This document shows, piece after piece, positions 1 through 12,399 of a stretch of 64,000 bases of DNA. The notes below the pieces were generated by a model. It was given only the letters and a program-made list of their open reading frames with translations. It had not been told where the DNA came from and did no database searches. Both the position numbers and the translations under genes were made by a program. This DNA comes from Mobula hypostoma (Eukaryota), in the NCBI RefSeq assembly GCF_963921235.1, contig NC_086108.1:107944001-108008000 (forward strand). Direction: 5' to 3'. Every line of letters begins with the position of its first letter. Position 1 is the stretch's first letter.

Positions 1-159
1 GTATGGAACGTGCTGCCTGTGAAGTGGTGGATGCGGTATGGGGGGGTTGATAGGACTAGACAGAATAACATTACGACATGGAGCAGATGAGCCTAGGAGG
101 CTGGCTGTCTGCTGCAGAATTCTGTCCAACCTCTGCCCAATGCTTGAGATTGTGAGGTG

Positions 160-490
160 TTCAATTCCCCATTCTGGTTTCCCTCTTACCCCTTCTCCTC
201 TTCACCTGCTTGTCACCTCTCTCTGATTCCCCCCTCCCCTTTCCCCCTTCCCTTTCTCCCATGGTCCACTCTCCTCTCCTATCACCTTCCTGTTTAGCCA
301 TTTATCTTTTCCACCTATCACCTACAAGCTTGTACTCCTTCCCCTCCCCCCCCACCCCCCACATCCTTATTTTGGCTCCTCTCTTCCTTTCCTGTCCTGA
401 TGAAGGGTCTCGGTCCGAAATGTCGACTCTTTATTTCTCGCCAGAGATGTTGCCTGACCTACTGAGTTCCTCCAGCATTTTGTGTTGTTA
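160..490 (+). mobile_element. Penelope-like element (PLE) 3' region/pseudo-LTR fragment with hammerhead motif
   Basis: Pyrimidine-rich tract, then CTGATGAAGGGTCTCGGTCCGAAATGTCGAC, then GCCTGACCTACTGAGTTCCTCCAGCATTTTGTG. Same layout as 42813-43280, which is attached to a GIY-YIG C-terminus. Confidence 0.75.
393..428 (+). ncRNA. Minimal type-I hammerhead ribozyme motif (PLE-associated)
   Basis: GTC-CTGATGA-AGGGTCTCGGTCC-GAAA-TGTC-GAC: CUGAUGA (397-403), GAAA (417-420), GUC triplet, stem I GTC/GAC, short stem II. Confidence 0.7.
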
Positions 491-1344
491 CTTAACAATT
501 TCCTCCAATATTCTGGGATTCCAAGGAGAGGCAACCTTTCATATCCACGGCCATGCCTGTGGCCTCAGAAGTCTCTTATCTAATCCAATTCAGATAATGT
601 CTTGATAGCAATGATGAAGAATGAATGGTTTATAGCCATTATCTGTAGACCCCGTGATTAGATTACACCCTTCTGCTGGTTTTCCACAACAAAGGTCCAG
701 AGCACGAGGGAACATAAAATACTGAAACAATGTTAAAGACAGGGTAAGTCAAGAGTTAAATGATTTGGCCATGAACAATCTTGAATGTTAAAAAAAAGTT
801 GCAAGGTTCCAGGCTTTGGGGATTGATAGGGTAGATGGAGTGAGAGGTGTGAAGTGTGGTTCTGGGAAAAAGTAAATAGAAGCTAATTTGACAAGAATTG
901 GTTTCAACGGGCAGAAAAATAAATGTTGGTGTGTGTGGTTTTCATTGAAATCTGACGGGAAATGAGTTGGGGGGGGTTAAAGCACAAAAATAAAGACCAG
1001 GAATAACAGAAATAAGACTGTTGACATCAGGTTGGGAACATGGTGAACACTGTTTTAGCTGCAGCTTTCAAAAGGGAATTCATACCACGCAGCGCAAGTA
1101 GCCAAATGGATGAGAAATTTATACAGAGTGGGGAGAGAAAGAGCAGGGGGAGTAGAAATAATTGAATTGAAGGGTTAGGAGATACTCTGTCTGCCTTCCA
1201 ACACAATCTGTGATCTGAAGATTATTGGGCTTTTTAAAGATGCATTGGATAGAAGGTGGGGTGCACTCGGCCAGTACAACTGGGCTGTCGTGTCTGTAAC
1301 GTCCCAGGCTGAGCCTTTGGTCAGCTGCTCCAGTGACAGAGGTG

Positions 1345-1890
1345 AAAAATCAAAGTAAATTTATTATCAAAGTACATATATATCACATATACAACCCTCA
1401 GATTCATTTTCCTGCCGGCATAATCAGCAAATCTACAGAATAGTAATTATAACAGGATCAATGAAGGATTAACCAGAGTACAGAACACAGCAAACTGCAC
1501 AAATGCAAATATAAATATAAATAGCAATAAATAATGAGATCATGAGATAACAGATAAAAAAGACCTTAAAGTGAGATAATTGGTTATGGGAACATCTCAA
1601 TGGTTGGTCAAGTGAGTGTAGTTATCCCTTTAGTTCAAGAGTCTGTTGGCCGAAGGGTAGTAACTGTCCCTGAACCTGGTGGTGTGAGTCCTGAGGCTCT
1701 TGTACCTTCTACCAGATGGCAGCAGTGAGAAAAGAGCATGGCCTGGGTGGTGGGGATCTCTGATGATGGATGCTGCTTTCCTACAACAGCATTTCATGTA
1801 GATATGCTCAGTGGTTGGGAGGGTTTTACCTGTGATATACTGGGCTGAATCCACTACCTTTTGTAGGATTTTCCATTCAGAGGCACCAGA
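1345..1890 (-). mobile_element. Rex1/Babar-like LINE 3' fragment
   Basis: ORF 1630..1905(-) LQKVVDSAQYITG...IIRDPHHPGHALFSLLPSGRRYKSLRTHTTRFRDSYYPSANRLLN*, followed by a T-rich 3'UTR. Confidence 0.85.
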
Positions 1891-1959
1891 AGACGATTTG
1901 TACAAAGTATGTTCTAAGTATTATTTACTTATACAAATAATATAATTTATTTATATAAA

Positions 1960-2575
1960 AAGATTGAATACGTTAGGACTTTATTCCTTGGAGTGTAGGA
2001 GAATGAGGGGAGATTTGATAGAGGTATACAAAATTTATAGGCATGCATTAGTCTCATGAGACCATGGATTTGTGCCTTGGAAGGTTTCCAGGGCGCAGGC
2101 CTGGGCAAGGTTGTATGGAAGACTGGCAGTTGCCCATGCTGCAAGTCTCCCCTCTCCACGCCACCGATGTTGTCCAAGGGAAGGGCATTAGGACCCATAC
2201 AGCTTGGCACCGGTGTCATCACAGAGCAATTGTGAGGGGTATAAATATGGTAAATACAAGCAGGCCTTTTCCCACCAAGGTTGGGTGAGACTACAACTGG
2301 AGTTCATGGATTAAGGGTGAAAGTGAAAAGTTTAGGGGGAACACGAAGGAAACTTCTTCACTCAGATGGTTATGAGAGTGTGGAATAAGCTACTAGCGTA
2401 TGCGGGGCGTGCAAGCTGAATTTCAACATTTAAGAGAAGTTTGGATAGGTACATGAATAATAGGGGTATGGAAGGCTATGGTACAGTGCAGGTCAATGGG
2501 AGTAGGAGTTTAAATGGTTTGGTACAGATGAAGTGGGTCAAAAGGCCAGTTTCTGTGCTGTACTTTGCTATGACT
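1960..2575 (+). mobile_element. CR1 LINE 3' fragment interrupted by a SINE
   Basis: LGLYSLE..RMRGDLIEVYKI coding remnant that resumes at ~2230 (GAGGGGTATA...TTCTTCACTCAGA...TGGAAT). Confidence 0.85.
2037..2229 (-). mobile_element. 5'-truncated tRNA-derived SINE (family A)
   Basis: Reverse complement of the body and tail of the 44406-44712 and 52401-52691 copies. Confidence 0.85.
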
Positions 2576-2695
2576 ATTTATATTGTAAGATCATGTTTTC
2601 AGTACATGATTATATTTATATTATAGTATTTATTTTAATATAATTGGATATATTAATGCATATATAAAATAGTTATATTTATAATTTTTATTATG

Positions 2696-2748
2696 TTATG
2701 CCTTCATCTGCCAAGCTGAAGAATATCCTCCCATAGAAAACTAGACAA
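2696..2748 (+). repeat. 53-bp exact direct duplicate of 3685-3737
   Basis: TTATGCCTTCATCTGCCAAGCTGAAGAATATCCTCCCATAGAAAACTAGACAA occurs twice, ~990 bp apart. Confidence 0.95.
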
Positions 2749-3769
2749 ATTGTGCAAATCATGTTCTCAGTACAATGTAATACTGAGAACATGAGTTGTA
2801 GGGTCCTTGAAAGGCAGTCCACAGGTTATGGATTCAGTTCAGAGTTGAGGTGAGTTAAGTTATTCACACTGGTTCAGGAGCCTGATGGTTGAAGGGTAAT
2901 AACTGTCTCTGAACCTGGTGGTGTGGGACCTCCTTTCCGACGGTAGAAGCAAGAGGAGAGCATCGCCTGGATGGTGGGCATCCTTGATGATGGGTGCTGC
3001 TACTTGTGGCAGTGCTCCTTGTAGATGTGCTCAATAGTGACTCAAGAGTCTGCATAACCAAATGAAAAACAGATTGGATCCTCAGGAGAGAGGGCTGGAA
3101 GTGGAAACTTGGTTGGGCAGTGAGGGGACAGCAGGGAAGCTGGTTATGTGGGTAATTAAAATGAAATATCTGGGCTGGACTATTTACATTTGTCAACTTT
3201 CCTTTAGCTGCCGCATTCACCCATTCACACAAAATGGTTTTTTCTCCACCATTATCAAGAGTAAGGGTTTGTCAAGGGCCTCCTTCTCCGCAGTCCGATC
3301 ATTAACCGTATTAAAGATGTTTCAGAACCAGAATCAGGTTTAATATCACTGATCTATGCAGTGAAATTTATTTTTTTTTGTAGTAAAATATACTACAAAT
3401 ATATATATATTGTAAAAATAAATACATCATGCAAAAATAGCAAGATGATGTTCATGGGTTCATTGTCCATTCAGAAATCTGATGATGGGGTGAAGAAGCT
3501 ATTCCTAAGACATTGAGTATGTTTGCATGTGTGTCTCTATGTAAACCTCCTCCAAAAAAACAAAATGATCACATTTAAGCTGCTGCACACATTTTTGCTT
3601 TTTTTTTGTTAAGAAGTCTGAGCTCGCTATTATTCAGAATGCTGGATCTTATCTTAAGTAATCAGCTCAGAACACAATCAGCGTTTATGCCTTCATCTGC
3701 CAAGCTGAAGAATATCCTCCCATAGAAAACTAGACAATTTCCACAGGTGTAAACTGGGGGGGGGGGGGG

Positions 3770-4190
3770 GCTTCCTGAGTGGTTACAGCACAGCCTCGTA
3801 CGGAGGTTTCAATAGACAGGATCAAAAGAGGCTGCAGAGGGTTGTAGACCCAGCGAGCTCCATCACAGGCACAGCCCTCCCCGCGATTGAGGAGATCTTC
3901 AAAACGCAGCCCTTCAAGAAGACGGCATCCATCATTAAGGAGCCTCACCATCTGGGACATGCCTGCTTCTCTTTACTACCACCAGGGAGGAGGTGGAGGA
4001 GCCTAAAGAGACAGACTCCTCTCTGCCTTCGAATTTCTGAATGATCCATGAACCCTGAACACTACCTCATTATTCCTCTTTTGTACAGCTTTTTCTTGTA
4101 ACTTGTATTTTTTTTCTGTCTCGCACTGCACTGCTGCCACAAAACAACAAATTTCGTGAAATACATCAGTGCTAATAAACCTGATTCTGC
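3770..4190 (+). mobile_element. Rex1/Babar-like LINE 3' fragment
   Basis: DQKRLQRVV...SIIKEPHHLGHACFSLLPPGRR remnant with an AATAAACCTGATTCTG tail. Confidence 0.8.
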
Positions 4191-4648
4191 AAACTACTTT
4201 CCCTTCCAACAGTCCTGCCAGGTTAAAGTAAAAATGGTCGTTTAAGGCAGGGACCATGAATGATCCTCTCCTGAGTCTTTTTTTCTTAGAGGACAGCAGA
4301 AGTCATGCTGTTAAATTTTTTTAAGGCAGGTTCTTGATAGGCAACTGGGTGCCAAATTATCTGTGATAGGTGGGTATGTGAAGGTGAACATATGACCAGG
4401 ATAACTTAACTCGCCCTAACACTGAACTGATTCCACAACCTATGGACTCACTTTCAATGACTCTACAGCTCATTTTCTCAGTATTATTTATTTGTTACTT
4501 TTTTTGTATTTGAACAGTCTGCCATCTTTTGAAATTTTTTGTCAGTGCTTTTGTGTAGTTTTTAATTGACTATTGTATTTCTTTGTTCTATTGTAAATAC
4601 CTTCAGGAGAATGAATCTCAGGGTTGTATATAGTGACAAACTGTATAC

Positions 4649-4984
4649 TGTCATCAGGTGTGCTCCCACTGACACCTCTCAGTCACCACCCAGCTAATAG
4701 GATTCACCTGCCGCTCATTCCAGACTCATCACCTGCAGCCTATTTAACCCCAGTACTCATCCACAGCCCTTGCTCACTCACCGAACCAGCCGGACTCAAT
4801 CAGTTGCTCCTAGCTTTCACATTTCCCGCCTAAAGTTTACCTTGTTGCATATTGTGTTTAATATTTGTTCTCTCTTGTTTTGTGACCCCCTGGTGGCTTG
4901 TGTCTATATTCAAGTTATTGTTCATTGCTAAATCATCTTCCGCTGCTCTGCATTTGGGTCAAACCTCCTCTATATTTCCTGACA
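4649..4984 (+). mobile_element. Solo LTR (probably Gypsy-type) inserted in a LINE 3'UTR
   Basis: TGTCA...TGACA termini, internal TATTTAA box and CTGCATTTGGGTC near the 3' end. It splits the LINE tail GTGACA..GTATAC|ACTTTGATAATAA. Confidence 0.65.
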
Positions 4985-5207
4985 ACTTTGATAATAACTT
5001 TGAGCTTTGAGGACACTTCTTATTAACAGAACAGCTCCCTGACCTTGTATGTTCCTAGGTTGCTGGGTGTCCTTGTTTGATGAACTCCAAAGAAAGGCCT
5101 TTCTGACATTTATGTTGTGGTAATGGTGTTCCAAAACGTGACGCTATTGTTCATGAGTGTCATATTGTATGTGAAATGCAAATTGTTTTATTATTGTCAC
5201 ATGTAGA

Positions 5208-5405
5208 GGCGGCAGAGCAGTGTAGTGGTTCGCACTACGCTTTACAGTACAGGCAGCTGGGGTTCAGTTCCCCCGCTACCTGTAAGGAGATTTTGTATGC
5301 TTTCCTCATGACCGGTTGTTCCCGTTTCCTCCCACAGTCCAAGGACTGGTAAATGTAACGGGATTAGGCTAGGATTAAATCGGGAGATTGCTGGGCAGCG
5401 CAGCT
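5208..5405 (+). mobile_element. tRNA-derived V-SINE (HE1-like), degenerate
   Basis: tRNA-like head (GTGTAGTGGTT...GGTTCAGTTCC) and V-domain-like GTTTCCTCCCACAGTCCAAGGAC. Confidence 0.75.
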
Positions 5406-6102
5406 CGGAATGAGGCACAGTGAAGAACTTGTCTTGCCTACGGTTCATAGAGACCAATTCAACGCTGCATTGAGGTAGTACAAGGGAAAACTATAACGGA
5501 GTGCAGAACAAAGTGTTACAGTTACAAAGGTGCGGTGCAGGTAGACAATATGATGCAAGGGCCACAACAAGGTAGACTGTGAGGTCAAGTGTCCAGCGTG
5601 TTATACTAACGGGTCAAAACTAGACGCGTATTAGTGGGGAGAAGCTGTTCTTGGGCCTGGTGGTTTCAGACCTTTGTAGCTTTTGCCCTGTGGGGTTTGG
5701 GGGTGTGGGGTGTCTTTGATTACACGGATTGATTTACTAAGGGAGTAAGAAGTGTTGGAAAAAAAAGTTTAATGTTTATGCAGATCATAACCTCAACGTG
5801 CGTAAGAGGTGGCAGATTTTTTTTGGGAGGGGGAATTAATTATGATTACACTGAAGACGGATTTACCGTACGGAAACCAGCCGTTGTTCATATTGCAGTT
5901 GCCCCGCCTCTTTTCACTGACTCTCTGCACCCCCCCCCCTTCCCTGTCGTTCACCTCCACCACTCTGTGGCAGCGGACTCCATACTGATCAAAGTTCAAA
6001 GTAAATGTATTGTCAAAGTACGTATTTACTACCCCTGAAGTTCATTTTCTCGCAGATATTCACAGTAGAACAGAGAAATACAATAGTCTCCTGTTGGTAT
6101 GC

Positions 6103-6363
6103 TTTACTTACTGAAGCCCAGCGCCCCATATAGGGGCATAGGCCGCCGGCAGCAACTCGCCAGAGTCCTCTGTCCTGGGTCAATCTTTCAAGTTGTCCCC
6201 GGGTGTAACTCATCTTCGAAGACGCTCCCTCTCGCAGGAATGAGGTCTTTGGCGCTACTGTTGGCGTTTCTGTAGCTCTGGGTTTTTACGGGATGGGGTT
6301 GCTAGTTCCATGGCTGACTATCCTCTTTTCGCAGTAGGGCTTGGCACCATCCATGGTGGACTT
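6103..6363 (-). mobile_element. Non-autonomous bipartite RTE-derived retroposon with TSD
   Basis: The 3' part encodes an RTE C-terminus-like peptide (GQLERLTQDRGLWRVAAGGLCP) and has a (TAAG)n-like tail. TSD TGTTGGTATGC at 6092-6102 and 6366-6376. The 5' part resembles an RTE 5'UTR (CTAGCAACCCCATCCCGTAAAAACC). Confidence 0.85.
6312..6363 (-). ncRNA. Degenerate twister ribozyme 3' cleavage product
   Basis: Minus strand AAGTCCACC-ATGG-ATGGTGCCAAGCCCT-ACTGCGAAA-AGAGGATAG versus the twister pattern (U|)AACUCC..GGUCCCAAGCCC..GGAGGAGGG. Several mismatches. Confidence 0.55.
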
Positions 6364-6539
6364 CTTGTTGGTATGCAGCCAATATGTGATTTTCAAACAT
6401 CCTTTTAAATCGGTGAGAATAAAAAAAAACGTTTTGGGACTCTGGAGGTGAAGTCCCCTTGGTTCTTGTTTAAAGAGAGATTTTCATGTCTTTTTTTTTC
6501 TCAAAGACATCCCATTGCTAAAGTATTGTCTCTCTAGTT

Positions 6540-7094
6540 GCCGGGATTGCTCTCGCAGCCTTGACCCTCCTCTCGCTCTGTGCTGTGGACGCTGGTCCAC
6601 GTCCAGATGTTGTCCACAAGCGCTGGGACCCGGCTGGGCAATGGACGCCCCCTAACTCAACCATTCTCGCTGCCCGCGCCGTATTTGAGAGTGCCTTTTA
6701 TGTTTGTGGAAGAGAGAGTGAGAGGGAGAGAGACCCTGTGTGTGAGAGAACGAGCGAAAGAGACAGACAGACCGAGACACTGTGGGTGTGTCAGTGTGTG
6801 CCTGCTCGTCTAAGTGAGTGTGACTGTATGTGCCTATGTGTCTGCCTGTCCATGTGTTTATGTATGTGTGTGTCCCATCCCATCCCCCAGTGAGGGCCTG
6901 TGTGTGTGTGTGTGTGTGTGTGTGTCTGTCTGTCTGTCTGCCTGTGTAGAGATTCAAGTTAGTCCTGGGTGTATTGATTATGTGTGGAGAGCGGGCGTTA
7001 CTCAAATCCGAGTACAAGATACCTAACAGATGAAGAGAATTTGACCTCGGGGTCTTTATTTTTAAAAATACTGCAAAGGCTGGACTCACACACT

Positions 7095-7136
<42 letters not shown>

Positions 7137-8400
7137 AACATCTGGTAACTCCAGTTCAGGACTGGAACGGACTCCGTGTCAGAATTTGCCTCCTCCCTAC
7201 CCCCACTCCCCCTCCCCCTTCTCACCAGTCCCCTCCGCCTCCCCCTTACAACAGGCGGGCAAGCCCATCAAAAAGGGGCCTGCGTTCATCTTGTCGTCTC
7301 TCGGTGCCTGCAGCGTGGAGCGTCCGTTCCCCGGTTCCCGAAAAAACGTCGCCGGAGGAGCGTGGGGAACGGTTGGGGGGAAAATAAAAACAGGGGGAAG
7401 GGGAGGTGGACCGGATCGATCTGATATCCTCGGAGATGTAAAATAATTTTACAGCGGCTGAGAGAGGGAGAGAGACTGTCTGCATTCCTGCCTTGAGCTG
7501 TTTGATGATTCTCTATCTGTGCGTGTACGTGCACAGTGCAATATTACTTTGCACAGTTCTTCCAGCTATGAACATTAAGGTATTGCAAACCGTTTGGACT
7601 TAAAAAGAGAGGCCGACCCCCCCCCCCCGCCACTCTAAAGCACAGTTCCCGGAGGATGGTGCTGGAAAACTTCTTCCTTTACGCCCGGTGACTGGAGCAT
7701 GCAGCCGAGACGGCCGTATTCACGCCGGTCGCCGACCCGCCGTGGGCTCTCTCCTAGCCGGCTCGCCTCCTCTCCAGCCCCCGATCCACGGCGCGCCCCC
7801 CTCGTTCGAAAGGTAAGGTGTGAGATGGGCAAGAGGAGTTTGAGGCTGCCGTCTAGGAGATGTAGAAATAGATGCGGCCGAACTGGGGTTATTTCCGTGA
7901 GCGTCGGCAATCTTAGCACCTCTGCTAACTTCTGCATTTGCGCGTGGTGTGTGTGTGAATGTTAAACACTCTCCCTCGCCTATGTCTGTTAGTGTTAAAC
8001 TTAATATCATTGCGCCTGTGTTAGTATTAAACTTGAAATTTTGTGTGTTACTTTATCTCAATATACCGTCTTCGTACATCGCGCAAATTTAACATAATCT
8101 CCGGCTAGACTGTATCTGTGTCGGTCTCAAACTTAACCGCCTCTGTACATTTTGTGTTAGTGTGAAGGCAGAGGCATTCCCCCTCTAGATTACGCGTGTG
8201 TGTTGGTGTTAACATTTGACATTTGTCCGTGGATTACGCGCGCGTGTGTGCGTGTTAAATTTAAAGTCCCCTCTCCCTGCAATATGTGTGTGATTTTCCC
8301 CCACAACTTAATGTGCGCGCGTATTCGTATTTGCATCTGTCCGCCGATTGTGTGTGTGTGTGTGTGCACGCGCGTTGGGGTTGAAAAGATCCTTTCTATC
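6540..8400. promoter_or_regulatory. CpG island / probable major promoter of an unidentified + strand gene
   Basis: CpG-dense, GC-rich, TE-free; GC-box-like C tracts at 7190-7250; flanked by (TG)n and (CT)n. Confidence 0.75.
7250..7579 (+). other. Candidate first exon (start approximate) ending ATGAACATTAAG|GTATTG; second donor AAG|GTAAGG at 7812/7813
   Basis: Unique sequence in the CpG island with canonical GT donors. Confidence 0.4.
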
Positions 8401-8576
8401 CCTTCTGAGCTTTGTTAAATGTATCTCCCTGCCTTCTCTCTGCCTCAACTCCTCTCTCTTCGTTTCTCTTTCTGTTTCTGTGTTAACATTTTTCCGCTGT
8501 ATGAGACTGGCAACAATTATATGGAAGCCAAAGCCCCATGCTCCCAGAAATCAGTCCAGGAACATTTAACTAAAAA

Positions 8577-8579
<3 letters not shown>

Positions 8580-8627
<48 letters not shown>

Positions 8628-8628
8628 C

Positions 8629-8678
<50 letters not shown>
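8580..8678. repeat. Compound microsatellite (CT)n-(ATCT)n-(CA)n
   Basis: Read directly. Confidence 0.95.
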
Positions 8679-8680
<2 letters not shown>

Positions 8681-11559
8681 TTTTTTAAATAGCCGTCAGG
8701 GTTACCCATTGCACTCACACCAGCGTTTGGATTATTTTGGAAGAATATGCCTGAAACAGGTTTGGACTGAGTTATCTCCCCCGCCCCCCCCTCACCCCGG
8801 CACTAGAGGTTTAATCAGAAGGGGCCGGTTCTTGTTGTTCCAAATCTTTCTCTCTCTCTCTCTCTCTTCACCTTTCCCATCTCCTCCTTAACAGACAAAA
8901 AACTACTTCAGAATTCCTCTGATTGAAGGGTAGGAGATCTCCTCGAGAACACAGCGTTGTCGGCATCTCTCCTTTTGTGAACAGAATTTCGTTAACCTTG
9001 TGTCAGTTCAGTCGTTGGACCTTTAGGGTATAGAAAGTACCCGCTTTGATACCTCCCCGGGAACGGTATAAACCCTCGCAGTCTGACTGAAGAATTGTTT
9101 GTTGCGTTTTATATGTTATATATTTAATGGATCCAATTTGTATTCAGAGAGAGGGAGAGGCAGTCATTGGAACCATTCGCCTGTTGTCCGCCAGCGTCTG
9201 ATACTTGTGTGACTCTCTCCTTTTGTTCAAACTCACCCCTTCCCCTACGCCATTCTCAATGACAAAATAAAGAGTTGCTTATTTTACATCATCCCCCAGC
9301 TAGCTGTCAGAATTAATACGGGTGCGGGGAATCTGCACGGTCTGAAGAGGAATTAGCATATCAAAGAGTTTCACGGCATCGGTTCAATTGAGTGAGAGCG
9401 GGCGAGAAACTTCGGTTCGGTGTCTGTAGTTTTGGCTGTGAATTCAGAAGACCCAAAGGGCAATGGTTCCAGGGCAAGGGTGGCGAGAGAGAGGAGGTGA
9501 TTTGTTGGAAGAGGATTGTCAATAGACAGACATGTGGAACTGCACTTTTTAAAAAATAATTAAGTGAGCGCTGTTTTCTTTGAAAATGTGTGCTAAACAA
9601 GCTTTTTTTGAAAGCCCCTAGACTTTTGTGATTAATAGTCTGTTACATGAAAGAGAGAGGGAACTGCACCCAGCGACCTTCTTCGAGTCCTCGGTCTCTA
9701 GTCTTTGGGGTCCCAGGATCTGAAGAGACTGCTACATTTGCGTAGCAACTCCGGCCGCTCACTGTCAGAATGCCCGCTTGCTCGGCTCTTGACGTGAGAG
9801 AGTTTGGAGGCTTCGTCTTGCAAAGCGAAGAGTTTGTGCTGGTATTGAAAACGCGGCCGTTTGCTCGAAGCTTGATCATCTGTTGCTGATTAATTCGCTA
9901 AATGCTTTATTTTTTTTTAAAATAAATCACATAACAGTGCTCAGCAAATTTTAAAAATACATTTATAATCATGCCCCGTTGTTTCATTTAGAACTAGAAT
10001 AACGCGACCACTCCTTTCTTATTTTTAATAGCACTTTTGCATTTGGCGGGCAAAGAATCTGAAAGAGCTCACCCGTGCAAATCTCACAGACTGGTCTTGA
10101 AACGAGTCGCCGTGTGCAGAGCTGACGGGCGGCCGATGTCCACGGCGGCCACCACATTCAAAGACGGGAGCCCTCCGCACTAATTCAGTCTCAGAATTGT
10201 GTGTGTGTGTGTGTGCGTGTGTGGGGGGGGGGGTGGACGGAGGGCAAGATTGTTGCTGCACCCACTTCTCCGCCTCGTGTGCCGTCTGCGGGCTGCCGAG
10301 CCACTGGGATGCCCTTCAGTCAACGGGTAGCGTGCCCCAAACGTTACAGCAAACTTTTCTTCTTTGGTCTGTTAATCTCATTCCTACCACCGAAGTTTAC
10401 GTTCTCCCCCCCCCCTTGTTAATGCTTAATGTAAAGGATTACGGTGGAAGAAATCACGTTTTAAATATCTTCCGTCCATTTACGTATGTCACTTTTATGG
10501 ACATTCAATTGTGTACATAAGCTATCTTTTGTAATTATATTTATTGCGTATTTTATTATGTTTTTTTTGTGCTTTTTGCGTTGCATCGGATCTGGAGTAA
10601 CAATAATTTCGTTCTCCTTTACACTTGTGTGCTGGAAATGACATTAAACAATTTGCTAGTCTTATCTTCTCTTTCGGCAAACCCCAGCTCGTTGCCTGTT
10701 CTTGAGGTAAAAAAAATATTCTATTCTGACTGGAATTTTAATGCAAACTTTGTGTTTTTTTGTTCTGGAGAGGGAGAGTCTATTTGCAATTTTTACACCT
10801 TTTCGTATTAGTAGCCGCAATTTTAAATCTTCCTTAACAATTTTGACTTTGGCCAGTCAGACAGAGCATTTGGAGATGACTTTGAGTGGGTGCACCCGGA
10901 GGACGGAAGGGCAACCAGGTCCAAGGCCACTGATTGGATTTGTTCAGCACCGGGCCAGTTGCCCCACCCACCCTCTTTTAACAGTCGTTTGGATTTTCTT
11001 TCTTTATTAAATTCTGTCCGAATTAATTATACTATTGCAGAAATGTCTGTGGGATAATTGTCGAGGCAGATGTGTCAAAATATTAGTCGGCAATAAGAAA
11101 CTTGTGTTTTTAATCTTCATACTCTGCTAGCCTTTGGAAGGCCCCTTTTCCCTGTCTCTTTCATTAATAAATTTCCCTTCTCTGCATTTCCTCCTTGGCT
11201 GAGATAGGACTGAACTGTTGGTTATTTGTGCTGGGAATGTCCCTCTATAGACGCCAGCTTTTTTGCTGATTGTCCTGTGTTGATGCCATGGGACGCTGTA
11301 GACCCTATATAAATGCAAGTGTGGGTTTACTGGGTGTGATCACAGTGCTGGCTGGTGTATTCAGTGAGCTCTGGTACACATTATGTCCCACCCCCTTTCT
11401 CTGAGAAGAGCTGAGACTAGCAGCAGAGGGTCCTCAGTCAGCGTACGTAGACGAGAACGAGGGGGGGAGTTTAGGGTGGGGTGAGTGGGTTGGCTGTGGG
11501 GGGTTGCGGGGAGAGAAGAGGTGTGGTTCTTGCTGCAGAACCACCTCACCTGTACTGCT

Positions 11560-11837
11560 AATGTGGGTAGAGGGTCCGCGCACAACGGACTGTGAGACCA
11601 TCAGCGACGGAGCGGTTGGCTCGCGGTGGGCGCGGGGCTTTTGTCAGTGATCCGTCCGGAGTCGGTGTGCGGGGGGGGGGCGGTGGGAAGCGGAACGCTG
11701 ACCGCTTCCTTGGCACTGCGCGCCGGAAGGGCTAGTGAGCTGACATCGAGAGTAGGGAGGACGGAAGCCAGGAAGCCGGAAAGCCAGTGTTGGGGGTGAC
11801 CGTCAGTCGGCGGAGGAGAAGACGACTCATTCTGGAG
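11560..11837 (+). promoter_or_regulatory. Second CpG-rich promoter-like segment with ETS-type GGAA motifs and a candidate first exon ending GAG|GTAGGG
   Basis: CCGGAAG/CGGAAG/CAGGAAG/CCGGAAA cluster at ~11685-11785, GGGGCGG box, donor at 11837/11838. Confidence 0.55.
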
Positions 11838-12272
11838 GTAGGGGTGGGGGTTTCAGAGCCCATGGGTATTGCAACACTGGACGCCCCAGAGAAGAATAAA
11901 ATACCAGCGGGTGGGAAAAGAATTCAAGATGAATGAGGGCTTAACTGTGCAAGGAAATTCATTTTAACAATTTACTGTAACTGTTTGGAAAATCTTTTTC
12001 ATTTGAGAACTTAATTTCAATTTGCAAATTTTTATATTTATTATCCTACACACCAAATTATAAATAATTTAGGTCTGTTTTTTGAATGGAATGAAATTAT
12101 TTGGAACTCATAAAAGCTCCCTTAATTCTATTTTTTTTGTTGTCATATACTCAGACACTGATAACTGGGTGTTTGCAATGACTTTATTTTGTCCTTTCTC
12201 TGCTGATGAATATAATCTTTGCTCTTGCCTTTGGTCTGAGGGTCTATTAAGCCACATTTGTTGATTTTGCAG

Positions 12273-12399
12273 CCAAGGCTGTGTGGGTTGTTGGCGAAAC
12301 ATTGAACGGAGACCGGCTGAGCTCCTTTGCCCCTGTACTAGTCCAGCGAGAAGCTGAGTTGTAACTGCCGATTAGTAGACGCAGTCCGTCGGTAAATCT
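12273..12399 (+). other. Candidate non-coding internal exon
   Basis: TTGATTTTGCAG| acceptor and |GTAAGA donor (alternative |GTAAAT at 12392); CpG-containing unique sequence. Confidence 0.35.

Noticed and set aside
7535..7557. miR-130/301-like sequence CAGTGCAATATTA
   Set aside because: Only the first ~13 nt resemble the mature miRNA, and there is no complementary 5p arm for a pre-miRNA hairpin.
7176..8010. Overlapping ORFs in the CpG island
   Set aside because: GC-rich, low-complexity ORFs in many frames with no recognisable domain.
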